DNA of 64,000 nucleotides from Vitrella brassicaformis CCMP3155 (taxonomy: Eukaryota; Protista; Chromerida), in contig CDMY01000291.1 of NCBI GenBank assembly GCA_001179505.1, positions 68,040 through 132,039 of the forward strand, written 5' to 3'. Numbering within the stretch: the first letter of the stretch is position 1; each line of letters begins with the position of its first letter. Both the position numbers and the translations under genes were made by a program. This document shows positions 1 to 13,400 of the stretch, piece after piece. Under the pieces are notes generated by a model. The model was not told the origin of the DNA. It did not search any database and saw nothing but the letters and a program-made list of their open reading frames with translations.

Positions 1-239
1 GCGCATGACGAGAGATGAGATCGGATGAACGAATGGGTGGATGGATGCACAGAGCCCTGTATGTATGTATGTATGTATGCGTGTGTATGTGTGTCAGGTA
101 CTGGTGCGGAGCGTTTGATGGCCCAGCGGCTGATCGATGTGTTGATAGCGCAGGCGGGCCGCAGTCCCGAACGACCCTGCCTGCTTCTTCGACAGAGACC
201 TAGTGCTCGAATGGTCTGCATCAAGCGATAAAGGCATGC

Positions 240-2073
240 ATGGCGGTCGATGTTTGTGCTGTTCGCGTCTTGTGCAGTGAGCATCTTGTCAAGGAGGTGG
301 AGCTGCCCAGCGGGTCGTGCGCCAGGCTCCTGCCATTCAGACCTGAAGCCGACCCTTACATCGTCGACGAGAGCGCCATCATCGTTCGCGTGCACAACAG
401 GTCAAACGACGCGCACACACAAGAGAAACGTCCGGCATTCACATTCATTCCCTCTCTCTGTGTTTCATGGTCTGTGCAGGCCGGGTGTGTGTGGTCGTGA
501 CGTGGAGACGGTTGCGGTGTTTGCCGTGCGTGGGTCGCGGCGCAAGAAGATAGCCAAGTACGTGCACGACCGATTCATACACACATCATCTCGATCCACG
601 TACAAACAAACAACACACACACACACACACACAAATCTCGTGAAGGCCTGCATTTGCGCCCCTTGTATGCATGTGAGCAGCTTTGGCGGGCGCCCTTATG
701 GGTTTCACGATCCTGCTCGTCGCATGAAGGGCCAGAGAGGCCGTCAGTCGCCCTCCACCCCACACAGGAGCCAGTCACGCTCACGCTCACGGTCACCCCC
801 TCGGTACACATCCAGGTGCAACACCAAAGTGGAGGTAAGGTGAGATACAAGGGACGGAAGGCCCCCACATATGTGCCCGCTGCATGTTGCTGGTGGCGTC
901 AGGGCACTGGCAGTGGAGGTGTTGGTGAGCATTCGAAGAGACACGATGGAGGCAGCGACTCGAGCCCACTGCGAAAGGTGAGGCGGGATGGCAACGACCT
1001 GTGAGAAAGTACCTGTCTGGCTACGCGGTTGTTGTGCTTGCAGCGGCCCCACACAGCCGCCAGCAAGGACCGCCACCGCCGCTCAGGCTCACCCATATCA
1101 TCCGGGGTCAGTCAGTCAAACACTCAAATTCGCACCCTCATTGTGGGCGTCGGCAATTAATGCGACACATATGCCTCCCTGTACATGTTTGTGTGTGCAG
1201 GATGGCAGCCCCCGTCAGCCTCTCAGTGAGCGGCAGGAGGGCAAGGCCACCACACAGGAGAAGCAGGTGATGAGATGGGGGACGAGATGGATTGAGGAAA
1301 GCCCCTGTGTCCTTTTTATTCGTAGCCTCCTGTTCGCGTGTCGTTCTTCGACCTGTCGCACGAGCAGCTGTGTGCCATCTTCACTCACCCACACGCTCCG
1401 TCGCCGCTCAAAACACTCGCAAACGACTTCCAACAGGTATGCAGGGCTACACACATCCATCCATTGATTGCATTCGGTTGATGTGTCTGTCTGTCTGTCT
1501 GTCTCTCAGGGTTTGGACGGCCATATGGCGTCCCTGCTGCTGGAGAGGGCCTCCAAGGGCATGCTCGCCGACGTGCATACCTGCCCCCTGGGCACCCTGC
1601 TCCTCCTTTGTCGTGTGCGTGAGATGATGGGCCAGCAGGGTGGCTGGCCGCCATGTGCCACCTCCAACCAGATCCAGCTCTTCCTCGACAAAGCCTTCCC
1701 CGGCGACGGCGGGCCGCGCAGCATCCTGAACAAGACGCCCGAGGACATCGCAGGAATGCTGCAGGAGGAGACATACACGTCCGCAGATCTGGCCGAGAAA
1801 GTCATCGAGGTGAGACGGAAGACGATGAATGGATGGATATGTTGTCTCTGTTAATGTGTTTGGTCACCCGTGCAGCATCAGCTGTCGGGTCGTGCGTTGA
1901 GTCTGCTGAAGAGGTATGTGGGTGAGCAGGAGGCCATCGACCGTGATGCGGTGCTCAAGGAGGGCGTGTCGTGGCTGCGGCCCTTCGGGGACACTGTGGC
2001 CGAGAGGGTGGGTGCGGAGGTCAGGCTGTCCGACCGCATAGACAAGCCACAGGTCTACAGACACATGGCATAG
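240..2073 (+). CDS. Multi-exon hypothetical protein
   Basis: Codon-like exons bounded by GT/AG and separated by microsatellite introns. Examples: MAVDVCAVRV...(240), GLDGHMASLLLERASKG...LAEKVIE (~1510-1809), HQLSGRALSLL...VYRHMA* (to 2073). No family recognised; the internal exons are uncertain. Confidence 0.5.
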
Positions 2074-2716
2074 AGGGGGTCAGGGTACGGAGCAAGAGAA
2101 GGGCCTGCAGGTGCGTAGCCTTTGAGTCCTCTCTGCATGGGAGTGTGCAGCTGTTGCGATGGATGTGTGTGGTGTGGACCTGTCTGTTTGCCTCTCGGAC
2201 TTGCCCATTCTCTGGTCTATCTGGATGGAACAAATTTATTGACTGATGTCCATGTGCAAACAAATAAAGATCACACGTATACACAAACACATACATACAC
2301 ACATATGGACGTATGTACGCAGTATGATGATAGGAGAAAGAGCAAAGCGACAGGGAAACAGACAGACAGACAGGCAGACAGCCTATAAATACACCGACAT
2401 TTCTTCGACAGATGAGTCAGTCACTCAGTCAGTCGGTGAGTCAGTCAGTCCACGGAGACCTCCCTCACTCAACACACCGACCCACCGACCGATTTGCCGA
2501 TTTGCCAAACACCTTTTCCCCTCCCCTCCCGCTAACAAATGAATATACACCGTTTATGTATGTATGTGAGCCATACCATACCCGCCCTGACGCACCCACA
2601 CACGCAGTTTTCGCCACACATACAACACACACATTCATCATGCATTGAGTCAGTCACCGACGTGTGCACACCTGTTCATGCAGCATCGATCCAAGTCCGT
2701 AGGTAGATAAGACAAG

Positions 2717-5700
2717 TCAGCCAGCACCCGTCTTGGATCTGACGACTTCGCTGAGCCACAAGTGGACCTGTGTGCGTGTGGTGGGCGACTCCCACACGTT
2801 GCGGAGCCACGCGTCCCTCTCGCCCGCGGGGAGCGAATGCAACACACCCAACGCCATGCCGTCCAAATGGTGCTGAATGAATGAATGAATGCAAGCCGAG
2901 AACATATAAGGGGATTGGTCACTCTCCCCGAGTGGTGTGCGTTGTTTTGTACCTTCTCGATGTGCAGTAAGCCATCCATTGTGCCGTTGGTCTGCTTGTC
3001 CACCGCGTCTTTGACCTCGGCAGCCGTCATGCGGTCGATGTCCGTCTTGATGGGGAAGGTCGACCGCAGCAGCGCCCTGCGACCCTCGTGTGTCATGTCC
3101 TCATCACGCAGTCCACCCCGTGAGTCGATCGCGTCCTTGAGGGCAGCCAACAGCAACAGCGAACCTGTCGGAATCAAGATACAGGCAGACGAGTAGTGTG
3201 GTGTCCGATGAATTGTTTCTCTTTCCTCTCTCTCGGTATTGTCCACTGACCGAGGCATCTGCCGGATCGGCAGCCGTCCCCCTGATGCGCAGACTGCACG
3301 AAGAAGGTCGCCATCCAGCCCTCGACCGCCTGACCCAAGGACAGACAACAGACATGCTACATGTCTATCACACATACATCTGCCACCTTACCTGGTAGCA
3401 CTGTGCGGCCAGGTGTTTGAGTGGAGAGGGCGCCTCCTCGTGCGACAGCAGACCACACATGTCCTCCCTGGACAGCTTCCCGAAGCCCACCAAACCGCCG
3501 CCCGTCCCCTCCCCCTCTCCGCCTGTGTCAGGCTTCTCCTTGACCGCCACGATGCGGACCATCTTGGCCTTGTTGGCGGGAGCCTGGTCTCCTCTGTCGC
3601 ACGATCGCCGCTTGCGGCTGGTCTGGGGGGTGGTGTCCTCCTTCTTGACGACGACCGGCATGGCGACGGAGTCCACGGGGCTGACGTTGAGGGAGTTGGC
3701 CACCTGAGCACCACTGAGCGATCCGGCCCCACGGCCCTGATGCGGAACAAACAGCATAGAGATACAAATCCATTTACCCGTTGGCTGTTGCCTGTTGACT
3801 GTTCTCCTGGCCCTTTGTCGCTCACCTTGCGTTTGGTTGCAGTTGGATGAGCCATGTCCGTGCTGCCCTTGATAGCTACGCCCACCTACGTACGCGAGAC
3901 ATCCACACCACACGCACAGTACCACACCATGCGTCAAGAAAGCGTCCATCCGTCTGCTTGTCGGTCCGTGCGTGTGTGTGTACCTTCTTGTGTGTCGCCT
4001 CGCTCTTGATGGGTGGCTCATCTTTGACTATGGCGTCGAACGAGTTCTTCACCCGCACCCGCACCTTGCCCGCCCCCTCCCCCTCCCCACTGCCCCTCTT
4101 CGCCGCCTCGTCGCCACCATCCGACAGACCCATGACCTCATCCTCCCTGTCCTCCTCCTTGCCGCCCCCACCCCCAGCCCCCTCCTCCACCCCTCTGGTC
4201 GGCATCCATCTCTCGTCATGGATGCAGGACGCGTCCCACCACGGCGGGCACAGCGTCTCCTTGTCCGACTTCCACAGCGGATTGATGTGCGGGCCACGCT
4301 TGCGCCCACCACCAGACTTCTTGCCGCTGCCCCTCGGTGTGGTGGCCGGCTTGTGGCGGGCGGCAGCGGGCTTGGGAGGGGGTTTGGTTTTGGCCTGCTC
4401 GGTCGATGGCTTTTTGGTGTCGGTGGTTGGTGCTTTGGGAGATGCGGGAGGTGCGAGGCCGGGGGGAGGGCCGATGGACGATATGTCGATGGGATGCGGG
4501 AGGATTCTCGGGCTACTGCTCCAACACACACACACAGCGAGAGAGAGAGAGCACGACTGGGTGTTGATGGGTCCGTCCGAGTTTGTGAATGCGTGGGTGT
4601 TGGTTGTCTGTCGTACGTGGGTGGTTTGACGGGGGGTGCCAGTGCCGGGAACTTCATACATATCTGACGCTCAATGTCCTCCCGCGCCTGGCGGGTCGAC
4701 GCAAACAACACTACAGACCTGTCCACGACAAACACACAACAAAGGCGGATAGGAATCCATGTGTGCCGTGTTGTTCCGCGCATGGTGCTCTTACGGTCTC
4801 TCGTGTAGTTTGATGAGCATGGCATCGTCACTGAATTTCTCGACAAAGTCGAACGCATTCTTGAGATGGGCGGGGTCGAGCGGCAGACAGCACATCAGGT
4901 TCGGACTCACCGTCAACCTAAGATACACATACACACAAGTAGAGAGGGAGAATGACACATCTGCGACGAATCTGTGCATGGCTGCCGAACTCCCTGCCCA
5001 CATGCATACTTGTTTTCGAGTTCTCCGGGCATGATGGATGCGCACGAGAGCAGTTTGCCCGGGTCGGCGGTTTTGTCGCGCCAGGAGTTCATGTGGCACA
5101 TGATGCGCACCAGCAGCTTGGCCCTCTCGCGCTCTTCGACCGTACCAACCTGACGACACAACCACAACCAACACATAGACAGAGAGGTCGATGTTTTCGT
5201 GTGGTGTGTGGGTGTGGGTGTGGGTATCTGCTGGTTTACCTACCAGGAAGATGCAGTTGCCCGAGGGGCCGATCCAGTGCATTCGGGCGTCGCTGTGCAA
5301 CTCGATCACCTTGCGCTGGCAGCCAGAGAGACAACAACACCACACCCCATCTCATTGGTGCAGATTGGTGCAAACACAGGCCTGCACTGCACGGCTTGTT
5401 TTCCGCACCTTTTTGCAGAGTATGCCGAAGTACTTGACGGACCGAGAGTCCATGAGTATCTTATCCTAACACACAGACAGCCAGCACATTGCATGCGAAG
5501 GTGTCCAGCGCAATACCCATCCATACGTCCATACGTCTAATTCTATATGGCTGGTGCTTGCTTACGGTGTATACGGCGTCGGGTTGTTTGTTGGGGAGAT
5601 CGAGCAACTTGTCCGACACACTGAGGGGGTACCGCTGCTGGAGAATGCACCACTTGGACACAAAATCCATCAGCAGCAACGCAACCGAGTGACGGTCGCG

Positions 5701-6463
5701 CCTACAAGCATCCATCCCCCATCACCACACAAAACGGCACACCCACCCACAGACGGACATACATGCGCCATGCTATTCCCTCCACCTCCCCCCTTGTGTG
5801 TCCCTCCCGCCGTGCTGTTCTCACTTTTTGCCGATGATGAGGACCTCCTTGATTCGCACCCTAACGGGCGTGGCGAAGAGCAGCTGCTCCATCTCAGAGT
5901 CGCTCTCATCGTGGTGCGCCCCACGCCCCTCCCGCCCCTCGCCACCTGCACCTCCAGGCCGCCCGCTCTGCGCCAGGAAGCAGAACACCGGAAAATCCTT
6001 CTCCAGGTGGACGAAGGGCGGCTGGCTGGGCCAGCAGGACGGCAGGTGCAGGATGGTCGAGTCGTCCCGTCCGCGGTGTGCTGTGAATGAGATGCGCTGG
6101 TACGGCAGATGGTGGGCCTCGGACCATCTGGCGTCGCTCTCGCGCTCCATGAGTAGGTCGAGGTACTCCTTGGCCCGCTGCCGCTCGGTTTTGCTGCCCT
6201 CGCAGCGGATGACCTCGGTTGCCCCGTTGAGCGACGAACCTGTCAAGGTGTCGAACTTGACAGTGGCGATGGTCTCCACACGACGCTACAGCCAGCAACC
6301 GCAGACAGACAAGAGATATGCACCCACCAAATTTGCAAACCAAGGTGACTGCTCTCTGCGTGAGGGTGCGGGTGGTTATCATTACCAGGATGGAAGCTCC
6401 GTTTTTGTTCTCTTTGATGAACTCGCAGTACTTTCTGCCGAATATCTCAGATGAGCTGCCCAT
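2717..6463 (-). CDS. Large multi-exon protein with two divergent KH-like segments and a low-complexity Pro/Lys-rich middle
   Basis: Exons splice in frame from MGSSSEIFGRKY... to ...RSKTGAG*. Two segments have KH-like endings: RRVETIATVKFD...VIRCEGSKTERQRAKEYLDLL and RKVIELHSDARMHWIGPSGNCIFL|VGTVEERERAKLLVRIM. The start codon is uncertain. Confidence 0.55.
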
Positions 6464-6979
6464 CGTTGGTCGCGAACACCACCAGCCAGCTACTGACGAG
6501 GTCGCTGCAAGGGAGGCGGAACGCCGCTACACCTCAGCTACCTGCAACACACACAGACACACAACGCAACGCACACCACTGGTCGGTCCCCTCTCGTGCA
6601 GTCAGCAAACAGGCAGGCAGTGGCACCACCATCGCCTCCTTCACCAGCCACAAGCGCAAGCACCTGCATTTTGCCATTCCTTTCGGCCCCTTGTGGTGTG
6701 TCGAGGTCGGGCAGCTGTCTGCGCGCACCTGAGAGGCCGCGAGAGGCGGCGTGCGCACCGCGCCGATGAGTCGGTCAACCGCAGTTGTGAAGGTACAGCC
6801 ACGTGACGGCCGTTAGGAAAGGGCGTCGAAAAAAGAGAATAAGACCATCAAAGGCCTCGCCAGTCAATCTACGTAATCTCGTCAAATTCAGCTGGTACCG
6901 GCAGACGAAAGATCGCGAGCTTGCCCGCAGTGTTGTTGACCGTTCGAGATCTGGCACAGAGAAGCTTAGGCCTGCACCG

Positions 6980-8334
6980 ATGGGCAGTACCAAGAAGCCT
7001 GGCATGACTGCAGAGCTGCAGGTGCACGAAAGAAGGAGCATTAAACACGATGCTGTGACTGTGTTGCTGTGTGGTGCGTGCAGTCGCTGTACGATGACAT
7101 CAAGGCAGCGATGCCGCAGCAGCGGCAAAACTACGACAAGTGGCTACTGACGCTGCCCGACGACTTGAAGAAGTCGCTGGTGGGTGACCTCGAGGCCATC
7201 GGCCTCTCACTCGACGTGGCCTCGGGCCGCGTGAGCTACATGCCTTCGTTTGAGCCCGTCAAGCTGCCCTACGAGCTGTGCTACATCAGACACGGCAAGA
7301 CCGAAGGCAACACGGAGCCGCGCATCTACCAGGTGAGAGGGCAGACAAGCACGCTGCCCCTTGAGTGAGATGCATCTTTGTCTGTTTGTTTATGGTTGGT
7401 TGCAGGGACAGGTGGACTATCCTGAGAACCAAATCAACGAGATCGGCATCCAACAGGTCACCCTCACGCATTTCACACGCTAATTTTACTGCATGCATGA
7501 GCCATGAACCCTGCTGCTGTGCTCTGTTCTGTGTGCTGATGTAGGCCGAGGAGGCAGCTGACAAGATGGAGGCCGAGTACCAGAAGGGGTGGAAGCCCGA
7601 CCTCATCGTATACAGCCCACTCGGACGGGCTAAGGTCACTCACACAACAATCGCCAACCTTTGTACACCCACACACCCACTCCGGCCTAATGTTGTGGCT
7701 GTGGTTGTCTCCTCCCTCAGCACACGGGCGAGGCGTTTGCCAAGCGGCACCCGGACATCCCCACTGTCGTCGTCGACGCCACCAAAGAGATGGCATTCGG
7801 CGAGTGGGACAACCTCATGGTACCCACACACCACACCACACACACCATGAGCACAGTCATCCATCTGTGTCGCGTGACGTCACTCCCCCAGGTGAAGGAT
7901 TTGTGCAAGACGAGCATCGGGCACCTGTTTTACCTGGAGCAGAACGCCATGGTCAAGCCCGACGTGCCGCACAGCAGCCCCTCGGGACCCATACCGGCCG
8001 AGAACTTCTGCCAAGTGCTCATCCGACTCAGGCAGGCACTCACCGACATCGGCAAGATGCCGCATCTGCAGGGAAAGCAACACGCCAAGGTGACAAGACA
8101 CACACACACGCACGAGAAACATTCTCTCTCACATCTCTCTCTGTGTTAGTGCGTTTGTTTGTGTAGGTGTTGATGTACGGGCATTCGATGGCGGGTGCGG
8201 CAGTGCAGATGCTGTTGGGTCACGGGATGGGCGACGAGAAGGGCTTGGGGTTCGACGGAAGGTACATCATGCCCAACGCCACGCCCTACATGCTGCCAGC
8301 CAAGAAACCTGACACCATCAACAAGGGCGGCTAG
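6980..8334 (+). CDS. Histidine phosphatase superfamily protein (branch 1, PGAM/GpmB/CobC-like)
   Basis: Spliced product has YIRHGKTEGN (RHG phospho-His motif), SPLGRA, EMAFGEWD and MYGHSM, and ends ...TINKGG* (TAG 8332-8334). Confidence 0.85.
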
Positions 8335-10460
8335 GGTAGGGGAGGTGTGGGTGTACTGCTGCTAGTAGGGCAGAGCGGGGCGGGACGGAGTGAGGTAGGG
8401 GTATTTTGTGGTGCGTGGGGATTGGTGGCCCGGGTGGTGTCTGTCTGTCTATGGATGGATGGATGTGCTCCCCTTGCTCACAGTTTTGGCAGTTTTCCGT
8501 GGTTTCTTGATGTGTTCGTGCGGTGGTGCAGTTTCTTGCGTGTCGATACCTACCTACCCGACGGACATGTCCACTTGTGTTCCACGCGATGATTGATGAC
8601 CTGTGGACGCTGCCTTCACGTAACACCTCTCCCCTCTCCTCCCTCCCCTGGATCCCTCGGGTAACCCAACCACTCACATGCATACACGCTCACAAAATGG
8701 ACGCAAACAAGGTCGCAAGTCGACTTTTACACCACCACGACACGCAACGCTGCTGGCTGGCTGTCACGGGCAGACACACACACGACCAGTTAGTTGTCCA
8801 TTCCCCCCCTCCCTGAGACACACACACTCTCACACACACACACACACACACGCACACACACTGCAGTCGGTCGAGGCATGCATCCATCCCAACTGCACTG
8901 CAAGTCAGCAAATCGGTCTGTGGACGAATTAGGTACGTACGGTATGTGTGAAGCTGGCTACCGGTCAGTCAGTCAGTCAGTCAGGTCACTCACGCCCGTC
9001 GACGAAGCCACTCACCGACTAAAACTGCCTAACTGGTTGTTTGGTTGTTTGTTCGAAACGGACCCCAAAAAGGCAAAACGACCCGCCCGCACCCCCACCA
9101 ACCAGCCAGTCGGCCACTCCACTCCCCTCTCTCTGAAACGCAGCTTTCACCTGCCCTGGATCGGTCGGTCGTTGGGTCCACCAGTCATGCAGCCAGCATG
9201 CACACGCGGAAGGCACCACACCACACCAGGCAAACAACGAGTCTTGAAAACGTCGTCTCGTCCAGTCCAAAGGAAACGACCGCACCGCACACGGCAACTA
9301 GAAAAGGGCGCGTTGACAACCAAACCAAGCGTCCCCACGTCTCTCCGTGTGTCCAGGCAGGTTTTAAGAAGGTGGCGTGACATACGTCTGTGTGTGTATG
9401 TGATCGATCATGCATCATCATACACCTTGCTACGCACCGACCTGCCTGTCTCTGCCGGATTCTCTCTCCCCCCTCCCTGCCCCCCTCCCTCTCTCTCTGC
9501 CCCAACTAGCGTGCCGAAGCATGTCGTGAATTAAGCTGGTGAGTCGCTCGCGTGTGTGTGCATCCCGGATGATCCCAGCCATATATGGCGGCGTGTGTGG
9601 TGTGTGTGGTGTGTAAATCGACTGAGTGACTGATTCGATACGTACCAAAACTGTCCCTCCCCGCACCTTACTTACCGTAGGGAGGGAGGTTATGTATGTA
9701 CAACACGACAGACTGACAGCGCTCACACTCACGCACACGCACTTACCAGCGAGCATGACAGCCTGCAGCCAATGCAGTCAGCCACACCAAGCCAAGCCAG
9801 CCACGACACCAAAATGTGGGCAAGGTATCCCATCCCTCCACTCTCCCCTCCTCACATCCAGCCACATCACATCCATCACATGAGCGCTATCCACAAGAAA
9901 CAGAGAGAGAGAGAGACATACGGGCATTCATCCAGTCTGCAAAAAGACAGAAATAAGCCAGCCAGGCACACAGAGCTGTCTGCCAGTGTCTGTCTGTTGT
10001 GCGGCCGTTGGTAATGGAATGGGATTGTATCGTCCCTCTGTTCAAAACGAGCGGAGGGAGGGTGGGACCTGTCAGTCTGTCTGCCTGTCTGCTATGGTGT
10101 ACTGCCTACCTCCGCATGAACACCCCGTGCGTCCACGCCTCGTTCACGAGGCCTCTCAATTCCGGTCAGTCAGTCAGTCAGCCAGCCATTCGCGTATGTA
10201 TGTACGTACGCATCAAAAAGACAGCCAGTGTGTCCACACACACGTGTGTGAGGTAGGCACACAGCCAGACAGACAGACAGACAGCAAAAAAGCAATGGCG
10301 GACCGTACCCTACAGCCATTCCACTCATCCAGCCATTCCACTCATCCAGCCATCCACTCATCCATCCATCCAGCCATGCAACATTCACGCACGTGAGTGT
10401 ATTGCATTCCATGTGTTGGATGTGGTGTGTGTGGGTGAGTTAGTCTGTGTGTCTGTCAGT

Positions 10461-13400
10461 CTACTCGGCCCCGATTTCGTAGTTTCGGATGTTGCCGTAG
10501 TAGGCGTCGGTGAGAATCATCTTCAACTCGCGGACCAACGGGTAACGGGGATTCGTGCCAGTGCACTGACAGACAGACACCATATATATAGCCACACACA
10601 AATGTGTCTATCTGTGTATGTGTGTGTATGTGTGTGGGTGAGAATGATTACCCACCTGGTCGTCGAATGCCCTGAGTGCCATGTCGTCGACGGCGGCCAT
10701 GTAGTCGTCCTCTTTGACGCCGTACTCCTGGATGGACTTGGGGATCCGCAACTGCTCCTTCAGCTTCTCCATCGCAGCAACCAACGCATCCACCTGCACA
10801 CAACACACAACACAGCACCATCATGCTCTCTCTGTGGCCATGATCAGGGTCTGTCTGTCTGTTCGGTCTCTTCGCGCTGGTTACTTACTTTCTCAGCGTC
10901 CGTCATGGATTTGTCCTTTGGTACGATGGCGATGTGCTCGGCCACCTCGGCGTACTGGCGCTGTGCCTTGGGGAAGGAGTACTGGGGGAAGGTCCCCAAC
11001 TTGGTCGGCGCCTCGCTAGCATTGAACTTGACCACCTACCGAGCCGCACACAGACACACAGACAGACAGACAGACAGACAGAGATGCAGACAATGGAGAG
11101 GGGATGGAGGTGTGTGTGTGTGTGTCCACTCCACCTGTGTGAGGACGAGTGCGTTTGCGAGTCCGTGTGGGATGGAGAACGCGCCACCCAACTGATGAGC
11201 TATCGAACTGACAACCACACAGCACAACACAAATGCCTACAGTCAGTCCATGGCTGGATGTGTCGTGTCGTGTGGTGTAGCTGACTGGCAGATGCCGAGG
11301 AATGCGTTAGCGAATGCGAGTCCGGCGATGGAGGAGGCATTGTGCATGTTCTCGCGGGCGGTGGCGTCGGCCTCGAGCACCGACTTGGGCAGGTTGTCGA
11401 ATATCAACTTGATCGCACGCAGACTCAAGGCCTGGGTGTAGTCCTGGCAACACACACACACACACACACGTGAGCCACACACCAGACAAAACAAAACGCC
11501 CGACAGATGCGATCGATGGAGGGATGCCGTACGTACCGTCGAGAGCATGGACACGTAGGCCTCCAACGCATGAGTGTAGGCGTCGTAGCCCGTGAACGCT
11601 GCCAGACCCTAGACACACAACACACACAGACAGACATTCACACCAATTTCTTTCCTCCCTCTCCGTGGGGTGTGTGTGTGTGTGTCATTAGGTCATTCTG
11701 TGGACTCTCTCACTCACTCACTGACCTTTGGCATGGTCTGGACGAAGTCGCCGTCCATGATGGCCATGTCGGGTGTCAGGCGGTAGGAGGCGATGGGGTA
11801 CTTGGTGTGTGTCTTGCTGTCCGTGATGACCGCAAACGGGGTCATCTCGGCACCAGTGCCCGACGTCGTGGGGATCATCACCAATTTCTTCACCTTGCTG
11901 CCCAGATTCGGAAACCTGCACACACAAACACATACCCAACACAAACCGCATAAAGAATGGGTGCTGGCTCTCTCCCTCCCTCCCTCGGTGTGTCCGTCCG
12001 TGTCTCACTTGATGATGCGCTTGCGGATGTCGAGGAAGCGCGTGTAGAGCTCAGGGACGGTGACCTCGGGGTGCTCGTACACCAGGCGCATGATCTTGGA
12101 GGCGTCCATGGGGGAGCCGCCGCCGAATGCGATCATGCAGTCGGGCTTGTACTGCTTCATACGCTCCACACCCGCCATCACCGTCAGGTCGTCGGGGTCG
12201 GGCTTGACGTCGGCAAACACCTACACACGCGTAGGCACACACACGGAGAGAGAGAGAGAGAGAGAGAGGAATCCATGCGACACACAGATGGATGGCATGC
12301 AAGGAGGGTTCTGATTTCTGTTTTGCTCACGTCATAGTCAATGCCACGTCGCTCCAGGGCGGTCGTGAGCAGCGAAACGTATCCCAGCGACTTCATGGCC
12401 TGACCAACGGAACCAACGAACGACATGGGCGGTGCCGTGCAGTCGAGTTACATTTGTGAGTGCTGACCTGGTCGGTGACGATGAATGCCTTCGTGAGTCC
12501 GTATCCCTGCAGGTCCTCCATCGCCTCGTGCAGGATGCCGCGGTTGAAGTAGATGGCCGGCGGCACCTTGAACCACAACATGTGCTCGCGACGCTCAGAC
12601 ACCTGCACACACACACACAGAGATAAAGGGAGCCGTATATTGGTGCGTAGGCGGATCGAGGCACACACATCTGATGCATCAATGGAAAAACGGGGGGCTA
12701 CCTAACTGACTCTCTCTCTGTCTGTCTGTCATGCAAGTCGTCCATCCATACCCTTTCTGCTCTGTCTTGTGGCCAGAGTGTGGCCGGGTCAACGACAACA
12801 ACACTGTCGCCGCCTCCCTACACCCATCCATTTCATCCAGCCCCCCACATGCATCACACCAACCAGCCTCCCTCCCACCCTCCCTAACTCATTCACTCAC
12901 TGCCCCCACACATCCTTGTTCAGTTGACCCACCTGTTTGTAGTTGAGGAGGTGTTTGACCGACAGCCCCTCGGCCGTGGCGTTCATGCCCCACGAGCCGC
13001 ACCCGAGGGACAGCGATGGGCTGGTGCGGAAGTTGTAGAGGTCTCCGATGGCGCCCTGGCTGGTGGGCATGTCGACGAGCACACGGCCGGTGGGCATGCG
13101 GCTCTCGAACTTGGCCAGCCGGTCCTTGAAGACCTTGGAGTTCTGGTCGCTGTACAGACACGACGTGTGGCCCATACCGCCGTAACGCACACACACGTAC
13201 GCCATCTCCACCGCCGCGTCGAAATCCGGAACCCTGCACCAAACCAAACAGAGAGGAGAGGGAGGGAATATTAACACGTTACGTGGTGTGTTGTGTTGTG
13301 TTGTGGGTGGATGGGATGGCGTGTGTTGTGTACGTGATGAAGGAGAGGCATGGGCAGAGCTTTTCGTGTGAGAGTTTCTCCGAAGGCCCGATCTCCTTGA

